Assembly (NCBI GenBank): GCA_047495785.1
Contig: JBLDXI010000054.1
Coordinates: 744,001-808,000 of the forward strand
Source: Lepidodermella squamata
Taxonomy: Eukaryota; Animalia; Gastrotricha
Direction of reading: 5' to 3'
DNA: 64,000 nt
How positions within the stretch are numbered: position 1 is the stretch's first letter; every line of letters starts with the position of its first letter. Below are positions 37,401 to 48,479 of this stretch, in pieces. A program made the translations under genes and the position numbers. The notes below the pieces were generated by a model. The model was not told the origin of the DNA, did not search any database, and saw only the letters and a list, made by a program, of their open reading frames with translations.

Positions 37401-40400
37401 GAATTGAAAAAAATACGATCAAAAATTGAAAATTTTAATTCGAAAAATTTGAAATTCAAAATTGGAAAATTGAAAAAACCCGAAAAATTGAATTTCGACT
37501 TGACTTATTTCGTAAAATCAAAAGTGAATATTTGGTTAATTATTTCAAACTTTGAATAGGCCGTTCGCTACGATAGGTATTGATAATTCTTCGATAAAAT
37601 GCGATTATCGATCAAATTTTAAATTTTATATTGATTCGGGATATTAATGGTTTGGTCGGCGTGAAATGATGAACTCCTGAACAATTAGAAATTGAAAAAT
37701 CCATCCGAACCGCAAATATTTTCAAAAATTTGTCTTTCGTTGAACTTATTCGAAAATTTCTATAAAAAAAATTAGGTTTCCATAAATACTGAATTTTTGG
37801 TTTCAGAATTTTCCGAGTTTTGCGTTTTATCACGGGTCTCAATTTTATTGTCAAGTCTAATGGACAAATCTCATTATTGAAGTGTATTTTTGCGATATTG
37901 GTGGTCATATTACAAGTCCGCAGAGCCGATATCGATTTTTAATATCGATTTCACAAATCAGTGATTTTTCCGATATCAGCAGTTTGAGAAGCCACGGTGA
38001 CATCTTCTACATAATTGGTGACTAATGGACAAATAAATTTGAATTTAGAATTTAGCATTTAGAGGGTAAGCAGGTGGATGAAATGCAGAAAAATCCTAAA
38101 TGTTTAAGAGCGTCGCTATCGATAAAGGAAATCAATAAAGGAAGTCGATCAGTTCGAAATCGCGAAATTCTGGGAACATATAGTACCGGAATCTCAATTT
38201 TAGGGTTGGAAGTATTTAAATTGAAATTGTTTGAATTTGATTCCTATGATTTTCTCGACTGTTCCATTTCAATCTCTCTCGCTTTTTATTGCCTCTGAAA
38301 GTTCCCTGATCGTGTGAAAGGAAAAAATGGGACAGTTCTGGTACAATAATTCTCTATCTTTTCCCCTGATTTGAGCCTTCTTACTTCTTACAGTAGCAGA
38401 TGAGATGAGATGAGCTAAATTAATGGTTTATGCAACCCGTGAAAATTAGGTTCGTGTCGAGGGATGACATTGAGTATTACGACAAAGCCGCTCGCCGGCT
38501 GATCGTTGAAGAATTCGACGCCGAAATGGGCCTCGTCTACGACGACACAAAGTGGTTCTGCGACTTCATGAGGTCGAGTTGCGTGAACCCCAACACCGGT
38601 GAACCCGCCGAGTACGATAATTAAGCACTCGAAAATTTTTTTGTCGCATGCAATTTCAGTTGTTTAACCATTTTTGGCGTATGCTATAGCGATTTGATTG
38701 CAATGCATCCAAAATTTGATTTTGAGTTGAATTTTTGTTGTGAGTTTTATTTCGTTTATTTATTATTTATTTATCCAACCCATTTCAAGTTTCACGACCT
38801 ACGACGATGGCACTTGGTTTGAGAAGACCCTGAAGCGTCTGATCACCGAAGAACTCGGCGACCAGTACGGGCCGATGGTCGACGATAACAAGTGGTTTGT
38901 CGACTTCCTCCGGTAAGTCACCCCCTTCATATTTTTAGTTTCGTCTCGCCTTTCGCTTCTCCGCTTTTCTTATTTTTTTCGTTATTTTTTTCGAATGTTT
39001 TGGATTTTTTACCAATAATTTTTTCATTACAGAGATGCTCCTGAGGCAACTGGTGAGGAAACTGACGAGTCAGCTTTGGATACGCCGAAAATTTACGAAC
39101 CTGTGAGTCACGAAAAAATTTGAAAATTAAAATTTCTCAAATTAGATTAAATTATATTTTTTTATCAATTTCCGTGATTTTTTTTTAAATTTCCCAATTT
39201 TCTGGAAGTTCAGAATAAATAGTCTAAACAACTTGAGACGATGCAAAATTCAAATTTTTATCATAGTTTTTCCTTAATTTTTTAAATAAAATTACCACCT
39301 GTGAAGTCTGGCTATAAAAATTCGAATGAATGCTGAATGCTGAAATTTTATAAATTATTTTTAATATTCCATTACATTTCGATTTAGATCCCGTCGTTCG
39401 AGGCGCTTGAGGAGCGGCTCAAGTTCTTCATGAGCCAGTACAACGAGTTCGTGCGAGGCGCCAACATGGACCTCGTCTTCTTCAAGGACGCCATGACTCA
39501 CCTGGTGAAAGTCTCGCGAGTCATCCGCACCCCGCGAGGCCACTGCCTCCTGGTCGGTGTCGGCGGCTCCGGCAAGCAGTCGCTCACCCGGCTGGCGTCT
39601 TTCATCGCCGGGTACCAGTCGTTCCAGATCACCCTGACCCGCGCCTACAGCCAGAACAACTTCCTGGAAGATTTGAAAAATCTCTACCGAACTGCCGGCC
39701 AACAGGGCAAGGGCATCACGTTCATTTTCACGGATCAGGAAATTAAGGATGAGGGCTTTTTGGAGTACTTGAACAACGTACTCGCCTCGGGTATTGTCGC
39801 TGGTCTGTTCGCGCGTGACGAGACGGATGAGATCTTGCAAGACCTCATCGCCCCGATGAAGAAGGAATTCCCACGTCGCCCGCCAACGAACGAAAATTTG
39901 AACGAGTATTTCCTGTCTCGAACTCGCAAAAATTTGGTAAGCCAGACTTGGTTTTAAATTTTTTAAATTTTAATTTTCAAAATTTCAAAATTTTAATTTT
40001 TTTAAATTTCATCTATTTGAGAAGAAATTAATTTTTCATGATTTTTGTTTGTTTTATTTTTTAGCACATTGCTCTGTGCTTTTCGCCTGTGGGTGAGAAA
40101 TTCCGGGGCCGTGCGTTGAAATTCCCGGGTCTCATCTCCGGCTGTACGATGGACTGGTTCCAGCGCTGGCCGCGTGATGCGTTGATCGCCGTCGCCGATC
40201 GTTTCCTCACTGCTTTCGACATGGAATGCACGCCGGTTGTCAAACGCGAAGTCGTTCATGCTATGGGCTCATTCCACGTAAGTCGAATATCAAGCCATTT
40301 ATTGTTAATTTCACGTTATTCCTCAAGGTATTAGTTAAAAAAATCGCATGTTTTTTGTCTGATTTTCTGAATTTTTCATTCGCAAAAAATAGAATTTCTG

Positions 40401-43400
40401 ATCTTCAAGCATAATTTTGGAAATTTCAAGAAAAAGGACTTTGATGAACAGGAATTTCAAGGAATTTCCCAATTTGGATAAATTTTCCGACAAAGCTGAA
40501 TTTTTGAATTTTGAATTTTCCGAAGTCTTTTTCGAATCTTTCACATGTTTTGAACAATTCAAAAAATTTGAAAATTTGAAAAGATAAATTGAAAGTCGAT
40601 TTCTGAATTCCTAGCAATAAATGTTTATCGAAAATTCGAAAAACCTGAATTTTCTGCTTTTCGAATATAAATTTGGATTTTACCGAATAGGATGTGGTCG
40701 CTGATTCGTGCGGTGACTACTTCTCGCGATACCGTCGAACCGCGCACGTCACCCCGAAGTCGTACCTGTCCTTCTTGAGCAGCTACCGCAAGCTGTACCT
40801 GGACAAGCGGACTTACATCGCTGGGCTAGCCGCTCGAATGGACATGGGTCTCGAGAAGCTCGTCGAAGCCGCACAGTCCGTCGAAGAGCTGAAAATCGAG
40901 CTCGCGCAGAAGGAGAAAGAGCTCGTGATCGCGAACCAGGAGGCTGAGCGTGTGTTGGCTGAAGTCTCAGCCAAAGCGCAACAGGCCGAAAAGATCAAGG
41001 CCCAGGTGCAGAAGGTGAAAGACAAGGCCGAGGCGATTGTGAAAGCCATCCAGGCTGATAAGGTGATAGCTGAGAGTAAGCTAGAGGCGGCGCGACCGGC
41101 GTTGGAAGAAGCCGAGGCCGCGTTGAATACCATTAAGCCGGCTGATATTGCCACTGTGCGAAAACTGGGCCGGCCGCCGCATTTGATTATGCGCATTATG
41201 GACTGTATTTTGCTGCTTTTCCGGGCACATCTCGACCCGGTTACGAAGGACCCGGAGCGTGACTGCGTCAAGCCGTCGTGGGGCGAGTCGTTGAAGCTGA
41301 TGGCTCAGTCGGGCTTCTTGAACAGTTTGCTGTCGTATGCAAAGGATACGATCAATGACGAGATGGTTGAGCTGCTGCTGCCGTATTTCGACGCTGAGGA
41401 TTATACGCTGGAGAACGCTAAGAAGGTGAGTGCTAGAAGAAATTGACGCATTGAAAACTACTCTACTTCTTATATAAGGAATGGATGTTACATTAGAAAA
41501 CCGCAGAAAATTCTTGCAAATGGTCTGGAGGATTTAGGATATAATTATAAATTTTGTGACATTTTTGCTAACATTGGTGGGGTCTGAAATAGTACCGTGA
41601 ATTGGGGTGACGTTGGATGATCAAGATTCGAAGGTGGTAAGATTAGGACCCCATGAGTTGGGTACCGTTGGAATCCGCCTTACATAATTTAGAATCATAT
41701 GCCGCTTTCCCAGAGACCGTCTTTCAGGCTATCCAACGGTACCCCACTCATCGAGTCTTTATCATACCAGTTCGATTTTTGAGGCTCCCCCTGCTTTGAA
41801 CCCTTCTGCTTTATGGGGGACCCATTTTTGATAATCCTAAGTCACCCTAATTGACGGTGAATCACGAAAAAAGTTACTCATGAACAGTGGGCGAAGTAGG
41901 ATCCTCCAAAATTGGGGATATTCTCGGGCGCAAATTTGTTGAACAAAGGTTCCATCTGTGGTTTTTCTGGGTTTTCAATCTTGACCCTGCTAACTGAGGT
42001 AATGGGAAGGGGAATTATACCCCCTATTCCCCCTGTACTTCGCTGATTCTGATTCTGATGTTAAGAATACAATTTTCAACCATACCAACCATTTTCTTAC
42101 AGGTATGCGGTAACGTAGCCGGTCTGATTTCTTGGTCGAAAGCGATGTGCAACTTCTACTCAGTCAACAAAGAAGTACTTCCGCTGAAGGCCAACCTTAT
42201 CGTGCAAGAAGCTCGTCTCACCGCTGCGAACAAAGATCTCGCAAAGGCGCAGGAACAGCTCGACGAGAAGCAGCGCGAGCTCGACGCCGCCATGGCCATG
42301 TACGACGAGGCGATGCGCAAGAAAAAGATGCTGCAGGACGACGCAGATCGGTGCCGAAAACGCATGGGCGCCGCTAACGCCCTCATCGACGGCCTTGCCA
42401 GCGAACGAGAGCGCTGGACGCAGCAGTCGAAGGAGTACAAAGCCCAAATCGGGCGACTCGTCGGCGACGTCCTCATCTCCTGCGGTTTCCTATCATACAG
42501 CGGGCCGTTTAACCAAGATTTCCGTATAAAACTTAGCCAGGCTTTGCAAAAGGACATGAGGAACCGCAAAATTCCATTCACAAACGGGTTGAATGTTAAC
42601 GATATGTTAACAGACCCTATAACGGTTGCGGAGTGGAATTTGCAGGGATTGCCGAATGACGAGTTATCTGTACAGAACGGTATCATCGCCACTCAGGCGT
42701 CACGCTTTCCCCTCCTCATGGACCCTCAGGGCCAGGGTAAGACCTGGCTGAAGAAACGCGAGGGCAAGAATGAGTTGATGATCACTTCCCTGAATCACAA
42801 GTACTTCCGGCAACATCTCGAGGACGCGCTATCACTAGGCCGTCCGCTCATTATCGAAGATGTTGGCGAGGAGTTGGACCCGGCCCTTGACAACGTGCTC
42901 GAGCGTAATTTCATCAAATTAGGCTCAACGCTCAAGGTGAAGGTCGGTGATAAGGAGGTTGATGTAATGCAAGGTTTCCGCATGTTCATCACAACTAAAC
43001 TACCCAACCCATCCTACACCCCCGAAATCTCGGCTAGAACTTCAATCATCGACTTTACCGTCACAATGAAGGGTCTAGAAGACCAGTTACTCGGGCGTGT
43101 AATTCTCACAGAGAAAGCAGAGTTGGAAAATGAGCGCACGAAATTGATGGAAGACGTCACGTCTAACAACCGTAAATTGCAGGAATTAGCAGATAACTTA
43201 CTTTTCCGCCTCGCCAACACCGAGGGCTCGCTCGTAGACGACGAAGATTTGATAAATGTGTTGCAGACGACTAAGATAACTGCAGAGGAGGTTAGGCAGA
43301 AGTTGCAAATAGCAGCTGATACCAACGAGAAGATCACGATAGCTCGTGAAGAATTTCGACCTGTTGCCACTCGCGGGTCGATTCTTTACTTTTTGATCAC

Positions 43401-46391
43401 AGACATGGCTGCGGTAAACTCCATGTATCAAACCTCCCTACGTCAGTTCCTCGGCCTGTTCGACATCTCCCTCGAACGGTCTGATAAGGCGCCAATCACG
43501 CAGAAGCGTATTAAGAACATTATTGACTACATGACCTTCGATGTCTGGAAGTACGCGGTACGAGGGTTGTATGAGAAGGATAAATTCATGTTCACGCTTC
43601 TCCTGGCCCTGAAAATCGACCTACAGGGTGGGCGGATTAAGCATGAGGAGTTCCAGACCTTTATCAAGGGAGGTGCTGCGTTAGATTTGAACGCAGTCAC
43701 TCCTAAGCCCTGTAAATGGATCACAGATTCGATTTGGTTGAACCTTGTCGAATTGTCGAACCTTCACTACTTTTCGGGCATCCAAGAGCAGGTTGCTAGG
43801 AATGATAAGCAGTGGAAGCAGTGGTTTGATAAAGACTCACCCGAAGAGGAGGTTATTCCTGATGGGTACAACACGGCCTTGGATGTCTTCCGGCGTCTGT
43901 TGCTTGTTCGTTCTTTCTGCCCGGATCGAACTCTGCCCATGGCTAGGAAGTACATCGCAGATTCGGTGGGTGAGAAGTACGCTGAGGGGGTTATTCTTGA
44001 TCTGGAGAAACTGTGGGGCGAATCTGAGGCAAGGACTCCGATGGTTTGTCTGCTTTCCATGGGTTCAGATCCTACGTCAAACATCGAAGCTCTGGCTAAG
44101 AAGCACAAGATCGAATGCCGATCGATTTCTGTAAGTTTAACATTGGAAACTAGGTAATTAATAGTACTAACTAATCTATTTTACAGATGGGTCAAGGCCA
44201 GGAAATCCATGCGAGACGTATTATCAAGCAGTGCATGGAACAGGGTGGATGGACCTTGCTGCAAAATTGCCATCTTTCGCTCGACTACGTGGATGGTAAG
44301 ACCTCTTACTAAATTAAATAATAGGAGAGCTTTATGTGAGCAGCAGTTTGAGTAAACGTGAGCTTAATTAAAACTATGCAGTGCACTATGTACATGGCTG
44401 TGAGATGTCATAGCCATAAAAATGGCAACGTGCTCACTCTTCATCAAAAACATGTAACAAAAGGGCAAAGGTTCAAATTGAACGACTTTTCCTAGTTGAA
44501 CAACTCATTACGAAGTAGAAACCCAAGAGGGCTAAACAAACCCTGGGTAGAGGGGGCGCTGGAGGGGGGACCTTTCGGTTTCCTCAGCTGGGAGGTGAAA
44601 AACATCTCAGCTTCAGAATACTTCACATTGGTTACGATGAAGGTCTTGTAATATTTTTGTTTCGCTTTGGTGATCGCATTATGGGCTCCTATCCTAATTC
44701 TTGATATTTTCCTTATCCAGAATCGTTCATTACGATGACGGAAACCGCTACAATGGACGAATCCTTCCGCCTGTGGGTGACCACCGAACCACACCCGAAA
44801 TTCCCCATCTCCTTCATCCAAATCGCAATCCGCTTCACCAATGAACCGCCGCAGGGCATGAAAGCCGGTCTGAAGCGAACATACGCCGGCCTGAGCCAGG
44901 ACCTCATCGACGTGACAACAGCCTCACAGTGGAAACCAATGCTGTTCGCAGTCGCCTTCCTGCACTCTGTCGTACAGGAACGCCGCAAATTCGGCCCACT
45001 CGGCTGGAACATTCCATACGAGTTCAACCAGGCCGACTTCAACGCTAGCGTTCAATTCGTGCAAAACCACCTGGACGAGCTGGACCCGAAACGAGGCGTT
45101 AACTGGAACTGTGTGCGTTACATGCTCGGCGAGATTCAGTACGGCGGGCGTGTGACGGACGACTACGACAAGCGTATGCTGAACACGTTCTGTAAGACGT
45201 GGTTCGGCGAGCACATGTTCCTGGCCAACTTCTCGTTCTACAAAACGTACATCATACCGAAAGCGCCGCGTATGGAAGACATCATGCATTACATCCAGAA
45301 TCTGCCGAATGTCGACACGCCTGAGGTGTTTGGCCTGCACGGCAATGCGGACATTACGTATCAGACGAATACGGCTGGTATTGTGTTGGAGACCATTCTA
45401 TCGATCCAACCGAAGGAGTCGAGTGGCGGCGGAGGGGAGACGCGTGAGTCAGTTGTGTACCGGCTTGCGGATGATATGTTGAACAAATTGCCGCCGGACT
45501 ACATTCCGCACGAAGTTCGCGAGCGGTTGGTGAAGATGGGCCATTTGCAGCCGATGAACATCTTCCTGCGACAGGAAATCGATCGCATGCAAAAGGTAAA
45601 ACACATTTTTGAAATAGGATTCTTATAATTTTTTCCCCGATTTCTTTCTAGTGTATCAGCACTGTTAGGACTACGCTCAACGATTTGAAGCTGGCCATTG
45701 ATGGTACGATCGTTATGAACGATGCGCTGCGTGATGCTCTCAATCGCATGTACGATGCTCAGATTCCAAAGGCCTGGCAGAGGGTGAGTAACTAGAGGTT
45801 TTGGAGATTCGCATGGTTCATTTTTATATGTCTTCTTCCTGTCAGATTTCTTGGGACTCGAGCACGCTCGGTTTCTGGTTCACGGAGTTGATCGACCGTA
45901 ACGCGCAGTTCCACACGTGGTGCTTCGACGGGCGGCCGAACTGCTTCTGGCTGACAGGCTTCTTCAACCCTCAGGGCTTCCTCACCGCCATGCGGCAGGA
46001 AGTCACGCGCGCCCACAAAGGCTGGGCCCTCGACGGCGTCGTCCTCGCCAACGACGTTACCCGCCACATGAAGGAAGAAATCAGCCAGCCACCGCCAGAG
46101 GGTGTCTACGTCTACGGCCTGTTCCTCGAAGGCGCAGCCTGGGACCGTAGGAACAACAAGTTGTACGAGGCTAGGCCGAAAGTACTGTTCGACACGCTGC
46201 CGGTCGCGCACATCTACGCCGTCAACACGGCTGTATCGACGCCGGATACTTCGAAAATGTACGTGTGCCCGATCTATAAGAAGCCGCGGCGTACCGATCT
46301 GACGTACATTGCGGCGATCAATCTGCGCACGACAACGAATCCGGACCACTGGATCTTGCGTGGTGTCGCTCTTCTCTGCGACATCAAGTAG
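16434..46391 (+). CDS. DNAH5: Axonemal outer-arm dynein heavy chain, DNAH5/DNAH8 (gamma) type, ~4,643 aa
   Basis: Exons 16434-16451 (or 16428-16451), 16503-16662, 16922-17383, 17970-18841, 19740-20486, 21588-21938, 22248-22546, 22689-22981, 23724-24619, 25729-26979, 28464-29094, 31831-32523, 34218-35345, 36595-37345, [38450-38572 or 38790-38912], 39033-39102, 39388-39936, 40065-40277, 40691-41425, 42103-44130, 44187-44295, 44721-45595, 45652-45783, 45846-46391 join in frame (13,932 nt). P-loops [32 protein letters not shown]; CFDEFNR; N-terminus [16 protein letters not shown] and C-terminus [14 protein letters not shown] match DNAH5/8. The symbol denotes the DNAH5/8 orthology group. Confidence 0.95.
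17405..17657. mobile_element. MITE-like element in dynein intron
   Basis: Imperfect terminal inverted repeats gggtcccctacaaagtag...caggcttcaaa / tttgaagcctgctactctgtgggggacccc; internal gcttcaaa repeats. Confidence 0.6.
19357..19435. repeat. Dispersed repeat, with an inverted copy at ~37921-37995
   Basis: gctgatatc...aaatcactgatttgtgaaatcgata...atcgatatcggctct matches the reverse complement of 37921-37995. Confidence 0.6.
20829..21468. mobile_element. Tc1/mariner (pogo/Tigger-like) non-autonomous element, 640 bp
   Basis: Perfect 22 bp TIRs CAGTAAAACCTGTTATCTCGAA / TTCGAGATAACAGGTTTTACTG flanked by a TA duplication; repeated subterminal tatctcgaa/gtcgaa motifs; no transposase ORF. Confidence 0.9.
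23363..23443 (+). CDS. Candidate 81 nt cassette exon in the dynein tail ([27 protein letters not shown])
   Basis: CAG| acceptor and strong |GTAAGT donor; phase 1-1 symmetric and open in the dynein frame; GC-richer than the surrounding intron. Confidence 0.6.
25174..25508. mobile_element. Tc1-like MITE, with a second diverged copy at ~32720-33077
   Basis: TIRs agcgtgtcccataagt / acttctgggacacgctg(ta). The internal segment taccgaaaattaccgaacc...aaaagatggaat recurs at 32906-33002, and that copy starts tacagcgtcttccataagt. Confidence 0.7.
29485..29807. repeat. ~325 bp direct repeat, copy A
   Basis: Aligns by eye with 31341-31672 (gaagcctgat...acgttcgcaatcgattcagcgc...ttatcgataatcagtgatt...tgtcgtccgatcag...aagccta). 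Confidence 0.75.
31341..31672. repeat. ~330 bp direct repeat, copy B
   Basis: Diverged direct copy of 29485-29807 in the same dynein intron, rich in ATCGATT units. Confidence 0.75.
35513..35654. mobile_element. Small MITE-like fold-back element
   Basis: Perfect 23 bp inverted repeat gataacttggacttgtcaaattt (35513-35535) / aaatttgacaagtccaagttatc (35632-35654). Confidence 0.7.
38450..38572 (+). CDS. Dynein mutually exclusive exon A ([42 protein letters not shown])
   Basis: 123 nt, phase 2-2, TAG| acceptor and AG|GTCGAG donor; homologous to exon B. Confidence 0.7.
38790..38912 (+). CDS. Dynein mutually exclusive exon B ([42 protein letters not shown])
   Basis: 123 nt, phase 2-2, AAG| acceptor and |GTAAGT donor; matches the DNAH5 pattern ADRFT...WF.K...EE.G...FVDFLRDAPE. 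Confidence 0.85.
41595..41857. mobile_element. Palindromic MITE (pogo-like ends)
   Basis: TIRs ccgtgaattggggtgacgttggatgatcaa / ttgataatcctaagtcaccctaattgacgg, plus an inner inverted repeat atgagttgggtaccgttgga / tccaacggtaccccactcat. Confidence 0.75.
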
Positions 46392-46991
46392 ACGCGATTA
46401 TACATTCCGAACTGAAATGTGATAACATTGAGATTATTTGCACATGGAGATGTTTTGATGATCTGCACATTTTGCCTATAGGGATCTCAACGATGCTTTA
46501 AAGGAGTAAAATTGTAATATTTAAAATTGCGGCGTTTTTCACGGTTGGCTGTGGAGTTGCAACCCGAGTCGAGAAACCAGAGTTCTCGGTTTCCGGGAAT
46601 AATAATAACCCGAAAAGAGTGGAACTGTTTTTTTTACTTTGATTTTGAGGATGAATCCCATTTTCTCGAATGAAGCTCTTTTCACACCTTTGCAATGACA
46701 AAAACTGGGAAACCCTCAATCAAACAGAGTGAATTTGGCCGATGATCCGGACATCTATGGGCGGCGTAGCATTTTTCCGTTGTGAGTTAGCGAACTTAAC
46801 TTCCGTATCAAGAAAGCTCATTTGCTACGACGTACTCGGAAATTTCGAAGATAATGGCTTATCACGACCACAAGAATTATCGCCTACTGCCCCGACAGAA
46901 TTTGCCCTATAGCTATCGTAGTATATAATGGCCTGGTATAGAAACGTATTGCGCCATAACTGAATTACGTTTTGATCGTCGAAATCCCATA

Positions 46992-47462
46992 ATGGACCAG
47001 ATCACCTCTGCTTTGGAAAAGGTCGTGTTCACTGACAATGGCTGGTCCCAGCTGTACCTTCAAATTGTTTTCATAATCACCGCTATCCGAGTTTTCGTCT
47101 ATGCAGTGAAGCTCGAACACCCCGCCAGTGCTAAACTGTCGGCGGAGGCATGGGCAGACCCAAAAATTCGCGAGATGAGCCTCGCCTGGAACAGAACGAT
47201 TCGAGTATTCATGGCATTTCGAGGCGTTACGCTTATTCATGCACTCTACATGAGTCCTGGTACGGACAAATTCTACGCGTGCTTGATTCAAGTCGGGCTG
47301 GACGTTGTGCTCATGTGGATGATTGTCGATGAGTTCCTCCTCGGGCACAGACACAATTTAGTGATACGGCATAAGAACGGCATGGCGCCTACATCGATGC
47401 AGGCTGTAGTTTTTATTGCTGGACTAGTCTACTTGGCATTAACATTGTCATTTGCAGCTTAA
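46992..47462 (+). CDS. Small intronless multi-pass membrane protein (156 aa, ~4 TM), unknown family
   Basis: ATG-to-TAA ORF with coding-like composition and four hydrophobic segments; AATAAA at ~47480. Confidence 0.65.
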   Translation: MDQITSALEKVVFTDNGWSQLYLQIVFIITAIRVFVYAVKLEHPASAKLSAEAWADPKIREMSLAWNRTIRVFMAFRGVTLIHALYMSPGTDKFYACLIQVGLDVVLMWMIVDEFLLGHRHNLVIRHKNGMAPTSMQAVVFIAGLVYLALTLSFAA

Positions 47463-47619
47463 AATGAGTGTTAGATTGTAATAAAAATAAGTTTGATTTG
47501 ATCATGGTGGCTATAATGATGAAAATAGCATAACGATTTTTTATTTTTTTAATAAGCCCAGGAGACAAGGCTTTCTCTCTCCAACTCACAACTTGGCTTG
47601 AAAACCGTCAGTATCAGCT

Positions 47620-48479
47620 TTACAAAGTGAAGTAGGTGTAGCCATCCGAAGGTTTCGCGCCTTTCACGACGCACTTATCAAAGAAAACGCAGTGTTTCTT
47701 CTGTAGCGAGAATCCGAAGGCGCGGCATTGTGGATTTCCGAAAAGAATGCATTTGGTAGCGCATAGTGAAGCTGTTTCATACGCGTCTACATCAACGTCG
47801 GCATAGTAAACTGTGTTACAGTAGTAGTTGAGTTTGTTGAACTTGTTGAGGTACTGGGTGAACACTAAAATGTATAGAAAATATTAGAACCAGAGATATT
47901 GCCATATAATCATATCACTTGATCCATTATTAAATATCAAGCGGTCAAGTGCATGGTGGAAGCTATTTCATATGGATGTAGGTTGTAGGTCTTAGCACGA
48001 GAAAATAGCTGAAGTATTAGCGCTTATCGCCCCCTCGCTACCTAGACCTAGATTTTTTTGTTACCAGTTGAAAATCGCTGTCATCCTACTTAATACCTCG
48101 CTAATTCGAGCTGATTAGCTGTGACATTAGAATGAGGAACTAACAAGGATTCTTGCTGAAGACCCTGTAGCCTTTCTGAATGCTGAGGTTGTTATTGGCG
48201 CAGTCTGAATTCAACTGGCACGTTTTCGACGTATTGCTGTGAGTGAAGCCGAGGCATTTCACGTCGTCCAGGCAGGAACTGGCGCATGCATCGTCTGAGC
48301 TGCCTTGAAGTGTCGAGTAAACTGAGTTGCAAGCGTATTGCACCTCATCAAAGTCGTAGTTCGAGAAGGCATCTGAAAGAACGAACGAAGGCACCAGTTT
48401 CTAGCAACAAGCAGCAGCAATTTATCAACTCACCGAGTGCGGCGATCACAGCAAAAAAGGCAATGAGTTTCGAAAACAT
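47620..48479 (-). CDS. Secreted protein with two PAN/Apple-like domains, copy 1 (~172 aa)
   Basis: Exons 48479-48434 (signal peptide MFSKLIAFFAVIAAL), 48372-48145 and 47864-47620, joined by phase-1 GT-AG introns. PAN pattern C-x3-C...C-x-x-F...C occurs twice (CASSCLDDVKCLGF; CATKCILFGNPQCRAF). Confidence 0.85.

Noticed and set aside
17133-46349. Many antisense and alternate-frame ORFs of 60-200 aa overlapping dynein exons
   Set aside because: Expected shadows of GC3-rich coding sequence; confined to exons and lacking independent motifs.
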